Source: Candidatus Thorarchaeota archaeon (GTDB lineage: Archaea; Asgardarchaeota; Thorarchaeia; Thorarchaeales; Thorarchaeaceae). Taken from it: DNA of 11,843 bases. Made by a program: the position numbers and the translations under genes. Positions 6,512-11,843 of this stretch are shown one piece after another. The stretch is taken from contig JAEOTX010000079.1 of NCBI GenBank assembly GCA_016839605.1, positions 1 to 11,843 on the forward strand, in the 5' to 3' direction. How positions within the stretch are numbered: the stretch's first letter is position 1; each line of letters starts with the position of its first letter. The notes below the pieces were generated by a model. The model ran no database searches. It was not told where the DNA came from and saw nothing but the letters and a program-made list of their open reading frames with translations.

Positions 6512-7237
6512 TCACTTGCTCCTAAACCATCGATATCCCGCAAACCCACAGAGTACACCTACTATCGCCACGATAGCAATAACGAGGATAGATGAGAGTT
6601 GGACTTCCGGAGGAAGAATCGTGGGCATTCCAGCATGCCACTGAACAAACACGACATCTATCAGATCTTGATCTAGAGCACTGTATCTTAGACGGATGTA
6701 GTTTAGAGTGCCGTTCTCTTTCTCATAACGAAGTTCAATGAGGAAATTGACTGTAGTTCCCGCAGATGAGAATGCTCCTGTGTTGACGTAGCCCCATTCT
6801 GTCTGAGTATCAACCAGCGTCTGTCCTTCAATCGTTCCAAAGCCAGAGGCTTCAGTTAGCAGTGTCCAGTCATTTGTGGGGACAGCAAAGCTTTCAATTT
6901 TTGAGGAAATGACCATTGAATCATTCTCCCTAGATAGAGAAACATTGGCTATGGGGATATCTTCATAGGTGTTTATCTGAGAGGGCACGGTTTCAAGCCC
7001 GTCTACAGTGGCGATGACCTTCGTTCCCTCATCGAGCTGGGCTAAAAAGGGCAACTGACTTTCTACGAAGTAACTCTCACTGGGATTTAGAATGAGCTTT
7101 CTCTGAAGGACATATACAAACTCCTGACTCTCAGAGATTCCCCATTCAAGCGAGTGATTTGGCTGAGCACACACAATTGCTATTGATGAACTCAGCGTAA
7201 TCCCGAGAACTATGAGGGCTATGCTTCGATATCTCAT
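6512..7237 (-). CDS. Hypothetical single-pass (type I) surface glycoprotein, paralog B
   Basis: Signal peptide MRYRSIALIVLGITLSSSIAIVCA, four N-X-S/T sequons, and a C-terminal TM ILVIAIVAIVGVLCGFAGY followed by RWFRSK. It is homologous to 7263-8096. ATG 7237 is preferred over GTG 7258. Confidence 0.85.
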   Translation of the reverse strand: MRYRSIALIVLGITLSSSIAIVCAQPNHSLEWGISESQEFVYVLQRKLILNPSESYFVESQLPFLAQLDEGTKVIATVDGLETVPSQINTYEDIPIANVSLSRENDSMVISSKIESFAVPTNDWTLLTEASGFGTIEGQTLVDTQTEWGYVNTGAFSSAGTTVNFLIELRYEKENGTLNYIRLRYSALDQDLIDVVFVQWHAGMPTILPPEVQLSSILVIAIVAIVGVLCGFAGYRWFRSK

Positions 7238-7262
7238 CGTAATCTCCGCTCTGGACACTTAG

Positions 7263-8096
7263 CTACATGCCAGAACTGTCCTCTAAATGAGTATATCCAT
7301 CCTGAGGCACCGTAGACAACGCCCGCCTCATCCGTCGACGCCTGTAGAAGAATGCCACGAGAATTATTATCACCACCCCAATAGAGATTAGCCCTATAGT
7401 GAGAAGCTGTAACTCCGGTGGTAGGATGAGTGCCATTCCCGGGTGCCATTGTGTGAACACAAGGTCTATCATGTCATTTCCGGCGAAATTGACACGCATC
7501 CGTAAGTTAGTCAGAGAGCCATTGACCTTTTCATACAGCATCTCCATGTAGATGGTGATTGGGAAAATGCCGAAAACAAATGAAGTGTCTATTTTCGTAC
7601 CCCAGGTGGTTTCAGTGTCTACTAATTCAAAATCCCCCGCGAAATCCGTGAAGTTGCTAGGACCCTCTGATGTGTTGTTTCCTCCAAAGAATGCGAACCC
7701 GCCCAGTTCACTGGAGAAATTCCAGTCACCAATGGGCACGAAGACCATGAACATATCTTCCATTATGACCTCAGAGTCATTCTGACGTATCAGTGTGCAA
7801 TTAGAGCCTGGCATCTGACTAGACTCATTAATCATGGGAAAAATGGGGTCAAGATACGAGATCCGTGCCGTAATTCTCTGTCCCTCATCCACTTCTGAGA
7901 TAAATGGCATGAACATCGTCATATAGGACCCGATTGTTTCATCGAGCAGCTTCCGTTGTAAAACATACGTAAACTCGTCATCAACCTCTACTCCCCACTC
8001 AAGACTGTGATTACTCTGGGCTGAGACCGGAGGCACACTCAGTATTGAAACGAACAAAGTGAGTAATAGCATGACGCCAAACAGTCTTAGCCTCAT
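7263..8096 (-). CDS. Hypothetical single-pass (type I) surface glycoprotein, paralog A
   Basis: Signal peptide ending VSA-Q, nine N-X-S/T sequons, C-terminal TM IGLISIGVVIIILVAFF, stop-transfer YRRRRMRR and a 27-aa tail. Confidence 0.87.
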   Translation of the reverse strand: MRLRLFGVMLLLTLFVSILSVPPVSAQSNHSLEWGVEVDDEFTYVLQRKLLDETIGSYMTMFMPFISEVDEGQRITARISYLDPIFPMINESSQMPGSNCTLIRQNDSEVIMEDMFMVFVPIGDWNFSSELGGFAFFGGNNTSEGPSNFTDFAGDFELVDTETTWGTKIDTSFVFGIFPITIYMEMLYEKVNGSLTNLRMRVNFAGNDMIDLVFTQWHPGMALILPPELQLLTIGLISIGVVIIILVAFFYRRRRMRRALSTVPQDGYTHLEDSSGM

Positions 8097-8123
8097 AGAC
8101 CTGAATCTCCACTTGAACGGACA

Positions 8124-8894
8124 TTAGGATTCCGGTAAGAGTTCTAGCAACTCAGGCAAATGTTCTATTATGATGGTATCAGCAGGTGCGACTGCTCTCT
8201 CTTCAAGATTGCACTCAATGATCAGAATGGGCGTCAACTCCCCTCGTGAAGCAGCTTCGATGTCATATCTCACGTAGTTTCCCACATACACACATTTCCT
8301 GGGATTGACTCCTAAATCGTCTGCAACTTTGAGCAACATATATGGAGATGGCTTTTTGTACCCTGGAACCGCTGTATATTCAACCGACTCGAAGAGCGAA
8401 AGAATCCCGTCTTTCTTAAGAAATGGTCTTGGGTCTCCAAAGCGATTTGAAGCCACACCAAGCTTGTACCCTCTGTTCTTCAGTTCCACAAGGGTCTCCT
8501 TACAACCATCAAGAGGAATGTACCTGTCGACTCTTAGCCACATATCCCATTTTGTCTGATACTCATCGGCTAGTTTCTCAATATCTCCTTCCGCTCCAAG
8601 GCTTCTCAAGAGCCGCTTGTCGTACTCCACCCAATCATCTCTAGACGGCTCCCAGTGAAAGTCAACTCTCTTTTTTAGCATAATCTCATCGAGCCAGGCG
8701 TCTGGTCCACGGGACTGTGCCCCTTCGAGTTCTTTGTCAGAAATGGCTGCAAGTTCTTCAAGACCCAACTCTGTCAGGAATCGTCTATGGACATCTCCAA
8801 GGTCTTTCTCAGTCTTGTACAGTGTTCCGCCGAGGTCGAAGATTGCAGCTTCAATTCCTTTGATCATTCTTATTCCGCCAAGTGAACCTTCCAT
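8124..8894 (-). CDS. HAD-superfamily hydrolase, subfamily IA (C1 cap)
   Basis: Motif I AAIFDLGGTL, motif II LGVASN, motif III YKKPSP, motif IV YVGNYVRYDI. The start is ATG 8894 (RBS-like AGGTTGA) or ATG 8867. Confidence 0.9.
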   Translation of the reverse strand: MEGSLGGIRMIKGIEAAIFDLGGTLYKTEKDLGDVHRRFLTELGLEELAAISDKELEGAQSRGPDAWLDEIMLKKRVDFHWEPSRDDWVEYDKRLLRSLGAEGDIEKLADEYQTKWDMWLRVDRYIPLDGCKETLVELKNRGYKLGVASNRFGDPRPFLKKDGILSLFESVEYTAVPGYKKPSPYMLLKVADDLGVNPRKCVYVGNYVRYDIEAASRGELTPILIIECNLEERAVAPADTIIIEHLPELLELLPES

Positions 8895-8980
8895 TGCTCA
8901 ACCTGTATCTATATCTGACGGCATAGGAGTCTAACCGCTCAACCTTTTTCTTCTAATCGAGTGATATCATTTCGATTTGG

Positions 8981-10135
8981 ATGACATCTGTGGATGACAC
9001 CCTCCGAGCGGTAAAGAAACATCTTGAGGAGAATCCAGATGATGCATCCGCATGGAATATCCAAGGAGTCCTATTAGCCAGCAAGAACAAGTTCGGAGAG
9101 GCATTGCGTTGCTTGAATCAAGCAATACGCCTCGACCCAGATCTTGCTGAAGCTTATACCAACCGTGGACGGGTGCTCATGGCATTGGGACATGAGAAAG
9201 CAGGCAGTGCATTGGAGTCTTTCGACAAGGCATTAAGACTTTCACCAGATAATCTAGAGGCGCTTGTGGACAAGGCCAAGGCCCTGCATGCACTTGGGCG
9301 AACTGATGAAGAACTTGCATGTTATGAAATAGTCAGCAAGACAATAACCGATGTTCCTGCGATTTGGATTCGCATGGGTGACATCCAGTTGGAGCTGGGA
9401 AATTTCAGCGCTGCAGTCATCAACTATGATCGCGCGCTCGAGCTTGACCCGAAAAAGGTCATGGCGCTAGTACACCGCGCAATAGGCTTCTCTATGATGG
9501 AGCAATGGAAGGAAGCAGTGAAGTCAGCTGAGAAAGCTACCAAACTTGCTCCAGATGATATAGAAGTATGGCGTGTTCTTGCCGATGTGAATCTCAGATT
9601 CGGGAAGCATAGGTCTGCTATGAAGGCCCTCAAGAAGGCCTCTGAGGTTGATCCAAGTGACGCGTCTGTTGAGAACACAATGGGCATGGTCGAGTTCAAA
9701 TCTGGACGGTTGAAAGATGCGGCGGCGCACTTTCGAAGAGCGCTGGTGCGTGATAAGAAACATACTTCTGCACTTCGAAATCTCGGCTTTGTCTTGATGG
9801 ATCTGGAAGAATGGGCCGAAGCTCGAAAAGTTTGGGACAAGCTTACTGCAAGTGTCAAGGACAACCCACAGGTATTCGATGCAAAGGCAACAACATCTGC
9901 CCGACTTGATGACTTCTGTTCAGCGTCAGAAGCTTGGGAACACGCACGCAAGCTCTACAAGAAACGTGGTGAGAACAAGGAAGCAGCACGAATTGCTGAG
10001 CTTGGCCGTGCTGCAAGAATTAATTGCTCTCGTCAGAAGAAAGCTGCCAAAGCTGAACGTGATCGCGAAAAGGCGACTAAATCATTCTCAGACAGGTTTG
10101 AGGAACGTAGGAAGAAGTCCAAGAAGAGACGATGA
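8981..10135 (+). CDS. Tetratricopeptide-repeat protein (about 8-9 TPRs) with a Lys/Arg-rich C-terminal tail
   Basis: Repeated 34-aa TPR units: AWNIQG..A..AIRLDP, AYTNRG..ALRLSP, IWIRMG..ALELDP, VWRVLA..ASEVDP. The protein ends EERRKKSKKRR. Confidence 0.92.
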   Translation: MTSVDDTLRAVKKHLEENPDDASAWNIQGVLLASKNKFGEALRCLNQAIRLDPDLAEAYTNRGRVLMALGHEKAGSALESFDKALRLSPDNLEALVDKAKALHALGRTDEELACYEIVSKTITDVPAIWIRMGDIQLELGNFSAAVINYDRALELDPKKVMALVHRAIGFSMMEQWKEAVKSAEKATKLAPDDIEVWRVLADVNLRFGKHRSAMKALKKASEVDPSDASVENTMGMVEFKSGRLKDAAAHFRRALVRDKKHTSALRNLGFVLMDLEEWAEARKVWDKLTASVKDNPQVFDAKATTSARLDDFCSASEAWEHARKLYKKRGENKEAARIAELGRAARINCSRQKKAAKAERDREKATKSFSDRFEERRKKSKKRR

Positions 10136-10192
10136 GAGCCTAGCATTTCCTCGTGCAAAACCTAAAACACGTTTCTTCCTGAGTGCATCACA

Positions 10193-11083
10193 ATGACAGA
10201 TTATGATGAAAAGCCAGTCCGCTTTGCCAAACATGGACCAGATGGCGAACTCGAACTGCCTTTCCCAATGAATCCAATCAAGCTCACAGAGTCGACGAGA
10301 AAGATTGTGTGCAAGGTAGTAAACAGAGTTCACATGCGTAAGTATACGAGATTCTATGCGGTGGGAGTCTACGGTGGAATCGCCACTGCATATTCAGTAG
10401 GGTGCAATTACAGATGCACATTCTGCTGGGTTGACTGGAGCCGAGACTGGCCAGAGAGGTATGGAGATTTCTACTCCCCTTCAGAAGTGTACTCGAAGCT
10501 CAGGGACATTATGAATGTCCAGAAACTGAGACGTGCTCGAGTCAGTGGAGCCGAACCCACACTATGTCCAGAACACATCTGCGGCATCCTTGAGCGTGTT
10601 CATCAAGATGCAGAAGCATTTGACCTGTTTGTCATTGAGACCAATGGAGTAGTGATAGGAACTGAAGATGGCTTGGCTTCAAGATTGGCCCAATATGCTT
10701 CACGGGAGGGTGATACGGTAGGGCATGTGCGTCTATCGATTCGTGGTGGGCTGCCTGATCCTTTCATGGATAAGACTGGCTGCTCTAAGGAGTTTCTTGA
10801 CCTTCCCTTTAAAGCCGCACAGCGCCTCTGGGATGCAGGTGCTTCGTTCCATGTGGCAGTGGTGGTGGACCCGAGATTCACTTCAGAGGAAGAGAAGACC
10901 ATCATCTACGACAGACTGAATGATATTCACCCTACTGTACGACGTGGAGTAGAAGAAGAGTTTCTTGACCCATATCCTCATGCCCTTGTCCGACTCAGGG
11001 CTGTCGGCCGTGAAGATGTGACTGGCCGAGAAATGAATGACAAAGAGGTCTATGCAAGAAAGAGGATGCCTAAAAACGAATGA
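10193..11083 (+). CDS. Radical SAM protein, COG5014 / MJ0804-like uncharacterised family
   Basis: CxxxCxxC motif CNYRCTFC, preceded by the family-typical RKYTRF...YGGIATA..VG. Also has RVSGAEPTL and FVIETNG. No SPASM cysteines are present. Confidence 0.88.
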   Translation: MTDYDEKPVRFAKHGPDGELELPFPMNPIKLTESTRKIVCKVVNRVHMRKYTRFYAVGVYGGIATAYSVGCNYRCTFCWVDWSRDWPERYGDFYSPSEVYSKLRDIMNVQKLRRARVSGAEPTLCPEHICGILERVHQDAEAFDLFVIETNGVVIGTEDGLASRLAQYASREGDTVGHVRLSIRGGLPDPFMDKTGCSKEFLDLPFKAAQRLWDAGASFHVAVVVDPRFTSEEEKTIIYDRLNDIHPTVRRGVEEEFLDPYPHALVRLRAVGREDVTGREMNDKEVYARKRMPKNE

Positions 11084-11090
11084 TAGAGAA

Positions 11091-11405
11091 CTACTCATCT
11101 GTTGCCATTCTGTATGCCTGATTGGCATTTTCGAGTTCATCCATCAACATGAAGAGATCCCCCATCTTTTCCCATGCCTTTGAGTAGTCCGGCCGAATCG
11201 CAACTGCTTTGTTAAAGGCAAATAGCGCAAAGTCATAGTCCTTCAGTCTAGTCAGAATCTGTCCATAGAAAGTCCAACCCTCGTAGTCGTCAGGCCTTGC
11301 CCCTAAGAAGTGACCAATGGTGTCAGCATAGATGCTCGGGAAGATAAGCGGAGTGGCTGCAGCTACTAGGACAATGACTGCTATTGTTACAAGTCCCATG
11401 AGCAT
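11091..11405 (-). CDS. Small membrane-anchored TPR protein (N-terminal TM plus about 2 TPRs)
   Basis: Hydrophobic MLMGLVTIAVIVLVAAATPLIF, then GWTFYGQIL..DYDFALFAFNKAVAIRPDYSKAWEKMGDLF..ANQAYRMA. Confidence 0.8.
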   Translation of the reverse strand: MLMGLVTIAVIVLVAAATPLIFPSIYADTIGHFLGARPDDYEGWTFYGQILTRLKDYDFALFAFNKAVAIRPDYSKAWEKMGDLFMLMDELENANQAYRMATDE

Positions 11406-11462
11406 CTCTGAATCAACTCTCTATCACGTACTAGTCGAATCTTGCCCTTATTACTTATCAGC

Positions 11463-11843
11463 TTATAGGGACACTTCGTCAAAAATGAGTGATCTTATCA
11501 AATGGTCTATTCTGAATCGTCCCTCTGTCATGTCGACGTACCAAGGACCTTCTATTCCAAGTCTTTCCTGTATTTCAGGAATGTCGTGTCCTTGACTATG
11601 TAGTTCCTTGATGGAACCCTGTAAGTCCTTGAGATAGTCGATTCGTTTCTGAATGTACTCTTCTGGAGCTTCTACAGGTCCCCTGTGACCATCAAAGAGC
11701 TTGTTGAGATTGAGGTCCTGAATCTTTTCCATTGTGGCGATCATTTCAGGAACATTCTCATCAGGCATTGCCAGTTGTTTTCTTGAAGGCAGTGGGACAG
11801 CATCCGCAGAGAACAGCCAGCCTCTTTCTTTTTCATAGAATCC
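11463..11843 (-). CDS. MBL-fold metallo-hydrolase, C-terminal part (5' end beyond the window)
   Basis: The frame is open to the right edge: GFYEKERGWLFSADAVPLPSRKQLAMPDEN...LNKLFDGHRGPV...IQKRIDYL. It contains MBL motif 4 (LFSxD) and motif 5 (GH), followed by a helical tail. Confidence 0.8.
   Translation of the reverse strand, partial: GFYEKERGWLFSADAVPLPSRKQLAMPDENVPEMIATMEKIQDLNLNKLFDGHRGPVEAPEEYIQKRIDYLKDLQGSIKELHSQGHDIPEIQERLGIEGPWYVDMTEGRFRIDHLIRSLIFDEVSL

Noticed and set aside
7259-7265. TAG read-through (pyrrolysine) fusing paralogs A and B
   Set aside because: The two genes are in different frames, and B has its own RBS and signal peptide.
9424-9951. 175-aa minus-strand ORF (and 9524-9763, 9852-10196, 10088-10333)
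   Set aside because: These are antisense or alternate-frame shadows of the TPR and radical SAM genes, with Ser/Ala/Arg-rich non-protein-like composition.
1-11843. CRISPR arrays, tRNA/rRNA genes, IS elements or integrases
   Set aside because: I saw no regularly spaced repeats, cloverleaf structures, terminal inverted repeats or transposase motifs; the intergenic gaps are short.

Overview
Gene-dense archaeal window with no rRNA, tRNA, CRISPR array or mobile element that I can support. GGTGA/GAGTGA-type RBSs, TATA-like promoter elements, sequon-rich secreted proteins with ~90-aa Ig-like repeats and a COG5014-type radical SAM gene suggest an archaeon, probably Asgard (Thorarchaeia-like); this is an inference. 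The largest gene is missing from the ORF track because it runs off the left edge. It is a minus-strand ORF (2598 to <1, at least 866 codons, translated by hand) encoding an exported arylsulfate sulfotransferase (ASST)-like beta-propeller fused to four Ig-like repeats and a further C-terminal domain. The remaining genes, left to right, encode: an ICMT/PEMT-family membrane methyltransferase; a possible 34-aa membrane peptide; an LLM-class flavin/F420 oxidoreductase; a 4-TM protein; a stand-alone ATP-cone protein; a class I SAM methyltransferase; a minus-strand four-gene unit (HAD hydrolase, two tandem paralogous single-pass surface glycoproteins, chagasin/I42-like protein); a TPR protein; a radical SAM protein; a small membrane-anchored TPR protein; and the 3' part of an MBL-fold hydrolase. 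The most interesting candidates are the paralogous glycoprotein pair with its divergent chagasin-like neighbour, and the stalked ASST. One paralog has a GYxxL cytoplasmic motif; the other has a tail interrupted by stop codons.
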